Virus record (IMG/VR): IMGVR_UViG_3300012798_000001
Span: 1-64,000 of that record
Reading direction: 5' to 3' (one strand)
DNA from: a virus
Length of the DNA: 64,000 bases
The position numbers were made by a program, and so were the translations under genes. Under the pieces are notes generated by a model that was given only the letters and a program-made list of their open reading frames with translations, made no database searches and was not told the DNA's origin. Below, piece by piece: positions 36,065 to 44,117 of this stretch (position 1 is the first letter of the stretch; each line of letters begins with the position of its first letter).

Positions 36065-36090
36065 CGTCAGAGCTTCAAATTGCGGGGAGA

Positions 36091-36471
36091 TCACGCCGGC
36101 TCCGGCGGCTGGAGGATGTATCGCTTCACCGACCGATCGTACCGCATCATGCCAGGGCAGCGCGCTTCGATCTCCCGCAAGTCGTGTGACGCTTGGGCGC
36201 TGGAGACTTCGCCGATCCGCATGATATCGGCTCGGTTCAATTCCCCCGTCATGATGAGATGATCGACTGCCGCGGCAAGCCGGGCACGTACCGCCGGGCG
36301 CAGGCCATTCCAAGCCTCGTCGTCTTCGGGCCGGGCCTCTTGTGTCAGGCGAGCGGCTCGGTCGGCCCGGTCCAAGACCGCAAGCACGTCGTCGATCTTC
36401 AGGGTTGTGTAAGTGAGACCGTGGGCCTGATGGTTTTCCACGATGCGGCGCAACTCGGCGAGGTTGACCAT
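36091..36471 (-). CDS. winged-helix DNA-binding protein
   Basis: The C-terminal 'LNRADIMRIGEVSSAQASHDLREIEARCPGMMRYDRSVKRYIL' resembles wHTH domains that accompany Fic/AlbA-type proteins. Confidence 0.5.
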   Translation of the reverse strand: MVNLAELRRIVENHQAHGLTYTTLKIDDVLAVLDRADRAARLTQEARPEDDEAWNGLRPAVRARLAAAVDHLIMTGELNRADIMRIGEVSSAQASHDLREIEARCPGMMRYDRSVKRYILQPPEPA

Positions 36472-36478
36472 CGCCAGA

Positions 36479-36679
36479 TCACGCCGTCGCGCGGCTGTTC
36501 AACCGATCGGCCTCGCGCTCGATCCTGGCGAAGTCGTGAGTCCACTCGCCCACGATGTTGAAGGTCGCGGTCGCCTCGGGCTGGAAGGTCCCATCCGGGG
36601 CGCGCGACTGCGACCACCAATGGGCCAGGGCCCAGCCGGCCCGGCTGTCGAACACCACGATGTATTTGCTCTGATCCAT
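36479..36679 (-). CDS. hypothetical protein
   Basis: 'MDQSKYIVVFDSRAGW' with a GGGGGAAG SD. Confidence 0.5.
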   Translation of the reverse strand: MDQSKYIVVFDSRAGWALAHWWSQSRAPDGTFQPEATATFNIVGEWTHDFARIEREADRLNSRATA

Positions 36680-36689
36680 CGCTTCCCCC

Positions 36690-37046
36690 TCACGCCGTCG
36701 CCATGGTGACGTCCAGGTGGACGGCATCGTAGGGGAACAGCACCCCGGACTCGGTGCCGATGATCTGCCGGTCGAGGAGGCCGGCGAGGATCAGCGCATG
36801 GATGTCGGTGTGAACGCCCTTGAAGTCGCGATCCACCCGCCGGGCGACCTCGCGCATGGTCATGGGGCCCTGGCCGCTCATGACCTTGAGGATCTCCCAA
36901 CGCTTGGGCGTGAGCACCTTGTGCAGCAGTTCGAACGAGATGAAATCGATCCGGGGCGCCTGGGCTTCCACGTTGCCCTTGAAGCCGGCGGCGAGGCGGC
37001 GCTGCGTCTCGGCCAGGGAAGCGACGCCGATCGTGACGGTGTTCAT
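36690..37046 (-). CDS. TumA-like HTH antitoxin
   Basis: 'LTPKRWEILKVMSGQGPMTMREVARRVDRDFKGVHTDIHALILAGLL' is a MarR-like wHTH. ATGA overlap with the toxin gene. Confidence 0.65.
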   Translation of the reverse strand: MNTVTIGVASLAETQRRLAAGFKGNVEAQAPRIDFISFELLHKVLTPKRWEILKVMSGQGPMTMREVARRVDRDFKGVHTDIHALILAGLLDRQIIGTESGVLFPYDAVHLDVTMATA

Positions 37047-37333
37047 TTCAGGATCTCCTTCCAGGTGTTCACGTCGGTCCAGAAGTCGGCGAGCAGGGTG
37101 TCGACGTCGACAAAGCGGTAGGGGACCTCGCTGTCCCACAGGTGCTTGTGATCGCCCTTGCCGCGCTCGTTGTCGTACCGCATCACGCACTCGCCCTTGG
37201 ACACGAGGGCGAGGCGATATTTGAAGCCATGGCTGCTGCCCGGCACCGGGGTGGGCACCGCCCATACGACCATCTCGACGAAAGCGGTCTCGGTCAGGAC
37301 CAGTCGGTTGCGGAGTAGAAGTTTGGCGTTCAT
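37043..37333 (-). CDS. TumE-family (DUF6516) toxin-like protein
   Basis: 'VVWAVPTPVPGSSHGFKYRLALV...MRYDNERGKGDHKHL' matches my recollection of the TumE/DUF6516 signature. Confidence 0.65.
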   Translation of the reverse strand: MNAKLLLRNRLVLTETAFVEMVVWAVPTPVPGSSHGFKYRLALVSKGECVMRYDNERGKGDHKHLWDSEVPYRFVDVDTLLADFWTDVNTWKEILK

Positions 37334-37334
37334 G

Positions 37335-37354
37335 GGGGCACAGTAGCGTGCCCC
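37335..37354. promoter_or_regulatory. operator-like palindrome GGGGCAC-N6-GTGCCCC (copy 2)
   Basis: Perfect 7-bp arms, starting 2 nt upstream of the TumE-like start codon. Confidence 0.6.
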
Positions 37355-37400
37355 ATTAGTGATGTAAAGCACTCCATCACCAACGCCATGAGGAGCACAA

Positions 37401-37865
37401 ATGACTCACCGCCATCGCGGCCAAGCGGCCGAGATCGAACAGCAACTCCGCGCTCTAGCGAGACAGATCCGCAACATCGCCAGTGCCCCGGTCCAGGACC
37501 TAGCCTCACTCCTTCACGCAGCGGCAGAGCGCGCTGAAACGATCGCGGACGCGACGGTGGGAAGGCCCGATGATCCACTCACAAAGCCTGCGGCACCGGC
37601 GCGACTCCCATTGACGATCGGCATCAAGCGGGCGAAGGACCTGTCGGATCTCAGTATGGGAACTCTATACAACATGATGAATGACGGCCGTCTCCGGTCT
37701 ACGCGCGTCGGGGGGCGCCGACTGATCTATTCATCGTCGCTGATGCATGTGCTCGGGCTTGGCGACGACGATGGAAGGGTCATCTCGCCGGGCATTGGAG
37801 AGGACGGCACACCGAAGACCAATAGCGGTTGGCGACGTCGTGGTCAGAAGGCCACTATTGATTGA
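37401..37865 (+). CDS. excisionase/MerR-type HTH protein
   Basis: 'IKRAKDLSDLSMGTLYNMMNDGRLRSTRVGGRRLI'. Confidence 0.55.
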   Translation: MTHRHRGQAAEIEQQLRALARQIRNIASAPVQDLASLLHAAAERAETIADATVGRPDDPLTKPAAPARLPLTIGIKRAKDLSDLSMGTLYNMMNDGRLRSTRVGGRRLIYSSSLMHVLGLGDDDGRVISPGIGEDGTPKTNSGWRRRGQKATID

Positions 37866-38081
37866 GAGCGGCCTTCCAAGGTGCATCCAGGTTTGTAAGT
37901 CGCCACGGAACCCTGCGGAACCCCTTGGACCCTAATTTCGGGTTTGTAACTCCTAAGTCGTTGATTTCACGTGAAACAACAGGTCCTGGAAGTTCATCTA
38001 TGTCGCCCCGTGTGCCGCAGAAATCCTAGGGTTTGGGGCAGGTTTGTAAAAGGTTTGTAGAAATGGGTCCTTGAGCCGTTC
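37866..38081. other. attP-like convergent intergenic region
   Basis: Lower GC. Four direct GGTTTGTA copies (37890, 37941, 38041, 38052), the 12-bp palindrome TTTCACGTGAAA (37965-37976), and the 15-mer ACGGAACCCTGCGGA (37905-37919). Confidence 0.45.
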
Positions 38082-38276
38082 CTATTTCGGTCCCCTGGGG
38101 GCGATGCGATGGGCCTCTGAAAACACTCGTTGGCACTCCTGCGAGGCGTCATACTCCGCGCCCTTCGCATCGATCAGCGCGTCGCGGGCCCGGTGATACT
38201 CGGCGCGGGCTCGTTCGACCCTGCGCTTGGCGGCCTCCCATTCCCGCTTCGCCCGGCGCTGCTCCAGTGTGGTCAT
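38082..38276 (-). CDS. hypothetical helical protein
   Basis: 'MTTLEQRRAKREWEAAKRRVERARAEYH'. Overlaps the upstream stop. Confidence 0.45.
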   Translation of the reverse strand: MTTLEQRRAKREWEAAKRRVERARAEYHRARDALIDAKGAEYDASQECQRVFSEAHRIAPRGPK

Positions 38277-38473
38277 CGCCGGCCTCCCCGGCGCCGCTGC
38301 GAGAGCATTGCCCGGAGCTTGTCGATCCCGCTTTCGAATGCGGCCAGCCGCTCCTCGTCGGTGCCTGACCCGTCCTCCAGTTGCAGGGTCTCGGCCGCCA
38401 GGGCATCCCCGGCGACCTCCAGGATGGCCTCGATCTCCAGCAGCGAGAGGCGCGGGGCACGTGTCCGGATCAT
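38273..38473 (-). CDS. hypothetical protein
   Basis: Start/stop overlaps on both sides. Confidence 0.45.
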   Translation of the reverse strand: MIRTRAPRLSLLEIEAILEVAGDALAAETLQLEDGSGTDEERLAAFESGIDKLRAMLSQRRRGGRR

Positions 38474-38718
38474 TGCCTGTCTTCCCACGTGCCGCCGTTG
38501 GCGAGGATGTGGCGGGCGCAATCGACCCCGAACGGGAACCACCCCTGCGACCGATCGGCCGGCACGTCGGCGCGATCGTGATAGGTATAGTCGCGCTGGT
38601 CCAACTCCAGCCATGCAACCTTGCCCTTGAGCCGCTGCTTGCAGCGGGTGCAATAGCGGCCGTCCGGGTCAATCTCGTCGGTGTTGCCTATGCGGCGCGG
38701 GGTGGGCTTGCTGGTCAT
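38470..38718 (-). CDS. hypothetical Cys-containing protein
   Basis: 'GRYCTRCKQRLKGKVAWLELD'. Confidence 0.5.
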   Translation of the reverse strand: MTSKPTPRRIGNTDEIDPDGRYCTRCKQRLKGKVAWLELDQRDYTYHDRADVPADRSQGWFPFGVDCARHILANGGTWEDRQ

Positions 38719-39068
38719 GCCGAGCCCTCCTGGAGCGCCGCCAGCGCCTCCACAAACCGGCCCTCGCCGGCCAGCCGAGCCGCCTTGAGGATGCGCTCCA
38801 TCCTCTCGCGGTTGCCCGTGTCCATCACCGCCATGATCTCCATGTAATGGACGCCGGCCTCGGCTAGGTCGGCCGCCATGGCGGCGCGCTCGGCTCTGGT
38901 CATCTTGGCGGGCTCGACCGGCTTGCCGGCCTTCAGCAGCGCCCGGCTGGCGTGGCTGTGATACACGTCCTTGATCTTGCCCGACCCGATGCCCTTGATG
39001 TCGGAGTCGTGCAGCGCCCGCCGGGCTTGCCGCCGCTGCTGGTGCCGCGTCTTCGATTTCCTGCTCAT
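38715..39068 (-). CDS. hypothetical protein
   Basis: 117-aa ORF, ATGA-coupled. Confidence 0.5.
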   Translation of the reverse strand: MSRKSKTRHQQRRQARRALHDSDIKGIGSGKIKDVYHSHASRALLKAGKPVEPAKMTRAERAAMAADLAEAGVHYMEIMAVMDTGNRERMERILKAARLAGEGRFVEALAALQEGSA

Positions 39069-39397
39069 TGTCCCACCTCCCGCGCCGCTGGCGCTGTTTT
39101 CAGTTCCTCGGCCTTGGCGAACAGACCAGCGAGATCATCGGTGGCGAAGTCGTGGATCTCCTCCTCGGCGCCGTCCTTATCGCAGGCGCCGAGAAGCCAA
39201 CCGTCGTCGGGCTCGACGCTCGTCCCACTCCGATCGGTCGCCAGAATCTCTCGGCCGTCCGGCAGATCAAGCCGCCATGCTGTGCAGCCACCGCCGGTCG
39301 TGCAGAACCGGAAGCCGGCGGCGAGGAACGCCTTGCCGGCCTCTGTCGCTTCGGCCCGCGCCTTGGCGGCATCGTACCATTGCCAGAAGTCCCCCAT
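39065..39397 (-). CDS. hypothetical protein
   Basis: Internal start 'MGDFWQWYDAAKARA'. Confidence 0.5.
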   Translation of the reverse strand: MGDFWQWYDAAKARAEATEAGKAFLAAGFRFCTTGGGCTAWRLDLPDGREILATDRSGTSVEPDDGWLLGACDKDGAEEEIHDFATDDLAGLFAKAEELKTAPAAREVGQ

Positions 39398-39399
39398 GG

Positions 39400-39582
39400 T
39401 CACGCCCCCTCCGTGTCGGCCCGCGCCGGGGCCGCTTGCTGCGCCTTGGCGGCCTCCTCGGCCCAGCGCCGGATTTTGTCGGCATAGGGGCCGCCGAGGA
39501 GGCTGGTGACCTCCTCGACCGTGCGGCCACCCTCGATCATCCGGCGAACCATGTTCTTCAGGGTGCAAAGGAATGGCTTCAT
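39400..39582 (-). CDS. hypothetical protein
   Basis: Internal start 'MKPFLCTLKNMVRRM'. Confidence 0.45.
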   Translation of the reverse strand: MKPFLCTLKNMVRRMIEGGRTVEEVTSLLGGPYADKIRRWAEEAAKAQQAAPARADTEGA

Positions 39583-39770
39583 CACTCGCCTCCCATCCTG
39601 GAGCGCCACTCGGGCGTCGTCTGCCCGAGGTTGACCAAGTCGGCCATGAGCCGAGCCGTCATCGGATCGGCACAGGAGGCGATCACGACGTCGAAGGAAT
39701 TGACGATCTCGCGGCCCTTGCTCCGAACCGGGAGATGGATCTCGCGAGTCAGCCGTATCGGCTCGGTCAT
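39582..39770 (-). CDS. hypothetical protein
   Basis: 62-aa ORF. Confidence 0.45.
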   Translation of the reverse strand: MTEPIRLTREIHLPVRSKGREIVNSFDVVIASCADPMTARLMADLVNLGQTTPEWRSRMGGE

Positions 39771-39997
39771 GGCCGGCCTCCCATGCCATGGGCCGCCGCC
39801 GGGCCCTGTGCGGCCTCTAGGCGGCGCACAGTGGCCTCCAGGCGCCGAATGTGGGCCACGGCCAGGGCCAGCGCCATCGCGGGCGCCATGCCCCGCCCTG
39901 CGGCGGCCTCGGTAAGCGCCGCGGTCAACTCAGCGCCGTCGCGGAAAATGGCGAAGGAGGCGGCCAGCGCCGCCTCCCCGTCCAGGTTGCAGATCAT
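39767..39997 (-). CDS. hypothetical protein
   Basis: Internal start 'MICNLDGEAALAASF', immediately downstream of int. Confidence 0.4.
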   Translation of the reverse strand: MICNLDGEAALAASFAIFRDGAELTAALTEAAAGRGMAPAMALALAVAHIRRLEATVRRLEAAQGPAAAHGMGGRP

Positions 39998-40017
39998 GTT
40001 CACGGTCGCCCCCCTCC

Positions 40018-41133
40018 TCAACCGACTTCCCGGAAGCGCTCGCGCATCTTGCGCGCCACGCCCTGCTGCAGGATCGCCTTCTTGGCCTCCTTGCAATACC
40101 GATCGACCTCGGACAGGGTCTCGTGCCCGGTCACGGTCATGATCTCGTGCGGAGTGCAGCCGGCCTCGGCCAGCCGCCGCGCTGCCGCCTTGCGCAGGCC
40201 ATGCGACACGCACCGGTCGGGAAGCTTGGCGCCGTCGAAGTTGGAAGCCATCCAGACGCTCAACCGATAGCCGGTAAAGGGCTGGTGGATGCCGTTGAGC
40301 AGGATGTGCTGGTGGATGTCGGTCGGAACCTTGTCCCGCTCGCATGTGGCCCGCCACGCATCCAGCGCCTCGATCAGTTCGGGCTCGCAGTTGATGTTGA
40401 GGGTCTTGTCCTTCTTCTCGCCCTTGGCCTTTTTCTGCTGGACCGTCATGGTCGCCCGGCGGACGCCCTCCTTGTCGGTCCAGAAGCGCACATCGGTCCA
40501 CTTCATCTTGGCCACGTCGGTCACGCGCTGGCCGGACCAGACGAAGAGGGCGAAGGCCGTCCGCTCCCGCGTCCCGACCTTCCACCGCTCCTCGTACTTC
40601 GCGATCTCCTGCTCGTTCCAAGTGTGGTGACTGCCGAGTTCCAGTTTTTCGATGCCCTCGGTCGGGTCCTCCTTGATCCACTGGCGCCGCTTGGCGAACT
40701 TCACCAGTTGGCGAATCGCCTTGAGCAGGTTGCTGTGCTGACCCGGCCGGTCGTGATAATCGGCGAAAAACTGCTCGATCTTGGCAACCGGCGTGCCCTG
40801 AACCGACCTGTGGCCAAACTGCCGGCAGAAGATGTTGAGCATGCGGGTCGTCTTCATCCGCGACGCCGGGCCCTGCTTGCCGAGCCCCACCGCCAGGAAG
40901 TCCTTCACGGCGGCATTCCAGGTCGTGAGCCCCGTGCTGGTCTTCATCACCTCGGGCTGCGGGGTCTGCTGGGGCGCGAAGCCGAGCGCCATGTTGTACT
41001 GCGCCATGAACTCGGGCGAGCCCGGCTTGCCGATCAGCTTCACCGCCTTCCGTTTGGGGTAGCGGAAATATGACCGCTCGCGGCCATGCCGATCGATGAA
41101 GGTGTTCACGTATTTGAGTTTGACGATCGTCAT
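40018..41133 (-). CDS. int: tyrosine integrase
   Basis: 371 aa. The C-terminal 'HGLRKAAARRLAEAGCTPHEIMTVTGHETLSEVDRYCKEA' carries the H-x-x-R ... H ... Y catalytic pattern. N-terminal arm-type domain 'VKLKYVNTFIDRHGRERSYFRYP'. Confidence 0.9.
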   Translation of the reverse strand: MTIVKLKYVNTFIDRHGRERSYFRYPKRKAVKLIGKPGSPEFMAQYNMALGFAPQQTPQPEVMKTSTGLTTWNAAVKDFLAVGLGKQGPASRMKTTRMLNIFCRQFGHRSVQGTPVAKIEQFFADYHDRPGQHSNLLKAIRQLVKFAKRRQWIKEDPTEGIEKLELGSHHTWNEQEIAKYEERWKVGTRERTAFALFVWSGQRVTDVAKMKWTDVRFWTDKEGVRRATMTVQQKKAKGEKKDKTLNINCEPELIEALDAWRATCERDKVPTDIHQHILLNGIHQPFTGYRLSVWMASNFDGAKLPDRCVSHGLRKAAARRLAEAGCTPHEIMTVTGHETLSEVDRYCKEAKKAILQQGVARKMRERFREVG

Positions 41134-41139
41134 TGCGGG

Positions 41140-41370
41140 TCACCCCACGAACGAGGCTTGCCGCTGGATGCTGTCCAGCGTGCGGTGATAGTGCTCCAGG
41201 AAGGCCCGCTCGCCAGGGCGGCCGGGAATGCGGATTCTGACCGTCACCGGCCGGGCCGGCTCCGGGTCCAAGTCGGCCTGGCCGCGCATCGGCGTGTAGG
41301 TCGCGACGAAGTAGTAGAGGGTGCCGCCGTTGGGGCCGTCATAGGCCCGCAGATGCTTCAATTGCGTCAT
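41140..41370 (-). CDS. small protein resembling an integrase N-terminal (arm-binding) domain
   Basis: 'LRAYDGPNGGTLYYFVATYTPMRGQ...IRIPGRPGERAFLEHYHRTL' parallels the int N-terminus '...KLIGKPGSPEFMAQYNMAL'. Confidence 0.45.
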   Translation of the reverse strand: MTQLKHLRAYDGPNGGTLYYFVATYTPMRGQADLDPEPARPVTVRIRIPGRPGERAFLEHYHRTLDSIQRQASFVG

Positions 41371-41389
41371 TTTATGATCTCCGGGTTGT

Positions 41390-41427
41390 GGGCACTTATT
41401 CGTGCCCTGGGGCACACATTAGTGCCT
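41390..41427. promoter_or_regulatory. two adjacent operator-like palindromes (GGGCAC-N6-GTGCCC; GGGGCAC-N6-GTGCCtC)
   Basis: Copies 3a and 3b of the motif seen at 20458 and 37335, upstream of the 41370 start. An extra half-site lies at 41465. Confidence 0.55.
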
Positions 41428-41482
41428 CACCCCGGAGATCCGGAAGGGCTTTTTTTACAAACCTAGGGCACGCCTGTGAGAC

Positions 41483-41752
41483 CTAGGCGTCATCCCAGGA
41501 GTCGTCGCGGGCCGGCGCGTCCAGATACCAGGGCCCGCCATCGTGGGGGATGGCCCGGTAGGCGGCCCGCAGCTCGGTGGCGTCCCACGTCTTCACCCCG
41601 CCGAGGATGCGCGGCGGCGGCATCTTCCGCTCCTTGATCAGGGCCCGGAACGTCGTCACGCCGACCCCGACGAAGGCCGCGGCCTCGTTGATCTGGAGGC
41701 CGAGGATGCACGGCAGCTTTTCCAGCGCTTCACTCCGGTCGACCTTCTTCAC
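41483..41752 (-). CDS. excisionase-like HTH protein (AlpA/MerR superfamily)
   Basis: 'ILGLQINEAAAFVGVGVTTFRALIKERKMPPPRILGGVKTWDATEL'. Lies upstream of int. Confidence 0.65.
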   Translation of the reverse strand: MKKVDRSEALEKLPCILGLQINEAAAFVGVGVTTFRALIKERKMPPPRILGGVKTWDATELRAAYRAIPHDGGPWYLDAPARDDSWDDA

Positions 41753-41931
41753 CTATGCCTCCCTGCGCTTGTAGCGTAGAACTCCGGATCGGCGGCGATG
41801 TAGTCGAAGACATCGCCATAGTTCAGCCCGAGCCGCTCATGGATCATCATCCAGTGCGCGCCCTCGGGGAGGTCCAGCTCGTTGACCTCCTCGATCACGT
41901 CGCGGACCCGGTCCTTGGTCGGACGGTTCAT
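41749..41931 (-). CDS. hypothetical protein
   Basis: 60-aa ORF, ATGA-coupled. Confidence 0.45.
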   Translation of the reverse strand: MNRPTKDRVRDVIEEVNELDLPEGAHWMMIHERLGLNYGDVFDYIAADPEFYATSAGRHR

Positions 41932-41933
41932 GG

Positions 41934-42416
41934 CTAGGTCGTCTTGCGCCGGGCGCGGCGCTCATTGGCCTTGACCACGAACTCCATCTCGCTCGCATAG
42001 ACCTCTCCGTGCCCGAGCGAGATGAAGCCGAGCGGCGATTTCACGGCGATTTCGCAATCGTCGCGGCCCGGATCGTAGTCGCCATAGAGCGTGAGCGGCA
42101 CAAGGCAGCCGGAGTCCGACCACTCAATCGGCAGGCGCCAGCCGACAATCGGGAGGCGGAGGATTTCGGGCTTATCGCTCCTGTCGTTCGGCGGGAAGTA
42201 GATGACCGCCGAGAGGCTCGGATCGGCGTTGGGGAAGACGGCCAGCCCGGCCGTCTCATTATGATGCACCACTGTTTCCCACAGCTCTTTGAGCGCCACT
42301 TCCCCGCCGCTCTTCAACTGCGCGAAAGCCCATTCCTGAGCGCCAACCTGACGAGGGAACACGCACACGATGCTGTCGGGATTGTACAGCGTTGAACCGC
42401 CAAGAAATTTGGCCAT
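41934..42416 (-). CDS. hypothetical protein
   Basis: 160-aa ORF. Confidence 0.55.
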   Translation of the reverse strand: MAKFLGGSTLYNPDSIVCVFPRQVGAQEWAFAQLKSGGEVALKELWETVVHHNETAGLAVFPNADPSLSAVIYFPPNDRSDKPEILRLPIVGWRLPIEWSDSGCLVPLTLYGDYDPGRDDCEIAVKSPLGFISLGHGEVYASEMEFVVKANERRARRKTT

Positions 42417-42419
42417 TGA

Positions 42420-42587
42420 TCACTCCTGTCCCATGTCCATGGGGTTTGCCCGGAGCACCGCTTGCAGCAGCGCAACTGCACCGCGGGCGCCCGTGATGAT
42501 CTCGCGTTGCCCGGCGGACAATTTCCGGAGCTGCGTGACCTCGGCACGAAGCATCATGATCTCGTCCGCCATCTGTGGACCGGTCAT
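42420..42587 (-). CDS. hypothetical helical protein
   Basis: Internal start 'MTGPQMADEIMMLRAEVTQLRK'. Confidence 0.4.
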   Translation of the reverse strand: MTGPQMADEIMMLRAEVTQLRKLSAGQREIITGARGAVALLQAVLRANPMDMGQE

Positions 42588-42643
42588 CTCGCTGATGCTC
42601 GGCCAGTCGCGGCCGGGTTTCCGCGACGGCGCGGCAGGCCGGG

Positions 42644-43144
42644 TCACAGGCCGGCCAGGAAGCGGTGCAGCTTCTCGATCGCCATCGGCTGGTCGATCGC
42701 CCGGCACTCTTCCTCGATCGGCTTCGTCTTCTTGGCTTCCGTGGCGCTCTCGATCAGGCCGAGCAGTGCCCGGCCGCCGTTATAGGTGGCGCGCGCCCCG
42801 ACCGAGAGGACCGAGGGATCGCGGACCGTGGCGAGTTCGAGCCGGCCGGTGCGGGCGGTGCTATGGATGCGGCGCCGCCGCATCTCGGGAATGTCCAGCG
42901 CGGTATCGAGCGCCTCCCGGCGGCGGATGCCGACGAAGCGGATGGTCTCGAACAGGATGCGCTCGTCGCGCACCAGCTTGACCCGCACGTCTTGCAGGAC
43001 ATGGCGAATGCCACGGATCGGCTCGCCGACGATCCCGTCGAGGTGCTCATACGGAACGAGTACGCCTGGCGCGATCGTGAGCAGGAACTTCTTCAAGGCG
43101 GCGCGTTGGGCGGCGCGGGCCGGGTTGTCGTAAAGCGGCATCAT
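42644..43144 (-). CDS. hypothetical protein
   Basis: Start 'MMPLYDNPARAAQ' follows GGAGGA (alternative ATG at 43168). The longer 316-aa frame runs into repeat DNA. Confidence 0.5.
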   Translation of the reverse strand: MMPLYDNPARAAQRAALKKFLLTIAPGVLVPYEHLDGIVGEPIRGIRHVLQDVRVKLVRDERILFETIRFVGIRRREALDTALDIPEMRRRRIHSTARTGRLELATVRDPSVLSVGARATYNGGRALLGLIESATEAKKTKPIEEECRAIDQPMAIEKLHRFLAGL

Positions 43145-43199
43145 GTCCACGGGGTCCTCCGAGATCATGTCGCAAAGAGAGGCGGCGGGATGCGGTGCG

Positions 43200-43544
43200 T
43201 TGGGTGGCGACGCGGGAAGAAGCGAAGAGCTGCGACGGACTGCGAGGCGGGAACTTGAATTGCGGCGTGCGGAACTGCGGGGCGTAGAGCCGGGTAGCGG
43301 GGCGTCGATGTAGTTCAGGAGGTGTCGGGCTGGCGTTCGCTCATGGGCAGAGACCGTGAGTTGCGGAGTGGAGCGATGCGGCGGGCGACGATGCGTTGCG
43401 AAGCGACGCGGAGCGATTCGAAGAGAAGCGGCGCGTGGCGGCGCAATATTCGGGACGTGCCGGCGGGCGATCATGTTGCGATGCGGAGAGCAGCGGTGCG
43501 ATGCGTTCCGGTGCGCATAGCAGCGACGCGGGGAAAAGCGGTTG
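43200..43544. repeat. degenerate ~100-bp repeat block R1 (G-rich on + strand)
   Basis: Units such as 'ttcaggaggtgtcgggc...gcggagtggagcgatgcgg' and 'attcgggacgtgccggcgggc...gcgatgcggagagcagcggtgcg'. Confidence 0.6.
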
Positions 43545-44117
43545 TCAGGCTTTGACCGCGATCTCCTCCATCCCCAGCACCTTGAAACGGCCATACCAGC
43601 CGCCCTTGGCCGGCCGATACCGGCCGATGCCGATCACGAGGCCGATGGTCTGGACGACCTTCAGCATCACGTCGGGGGTCAGGATCTCGTCGGAGATGGT
43701 GTAATCGACGGTCGCCCTCCACTCGGGCATCGTCGGGAACCACCGCCAGACCCGCTTGCCGCTTCCGCGGACTCCGTCCACGTTGCAGAACACCCGCTCG
43801 GGCTGGACATCAGCGGCATCGATATCGAGGACGACCGGCGCATAGACACCCTGGCCGCAGAGCACCTTGGTGGCCCAGGTCTTGTTCCCCTGGCCTTTGA
43901 TCTTCTCTCCGGCGTAGCGGGCCGCCTCGTCGGCTCCAAATTTGAACGCGGCCGGCGGGATGAAGACCTTGCCCTGATCGGTGGTGTGGAGCTTGAGCGG
44001 CCACGTCCGCTTGTCGTAGGCGTCCTCCTGCTCCTTCGGGAGCTTGGGCTCCTCATGGGCGCGGCTCTGGCTGTAGGGCGTGACGCCTTCGATCTGGAAG
44101 CGATAGACCTTGACCAT
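43545..44117 (-). CDS. hypothetical 190-aa protein flanked by repeat blocks
   Basis: Clean ORF 'MVKVYRFQIEGVTPYSQSR...RYRPAKGGWYGRFKV' with a CCCGGAGAG SD. Confidence 0.65.
   Translation of the reverse strand: MVKVYRFQIEGVTPYSQSRAHEEPKLPKEQEDAYDKRTWPLKLHTTDQGKVFIPPAAFKFGADEAARYAGEKIKGQGNKTWATKVLCGQGVYAPVVLDIDAADVQPERVFCNVDGVRGSGKRVWRWFPTMPEWRATVDYTISDEILTPDVMLKVVQTIGLVIGIGRYRPAKGGWYGRFKVLGMEEIAVKA

Noticed and set aside
42644-43594. 316-aa version of the 42644 ORF, with a 150-aa N-terminal extension.
   Set aside because: The extension is translated repeat DNA (Arg/Pro/His/Ser-rich, periodic) and overlaps the upstream gene. A good SD precedes the internal MMPLY start.
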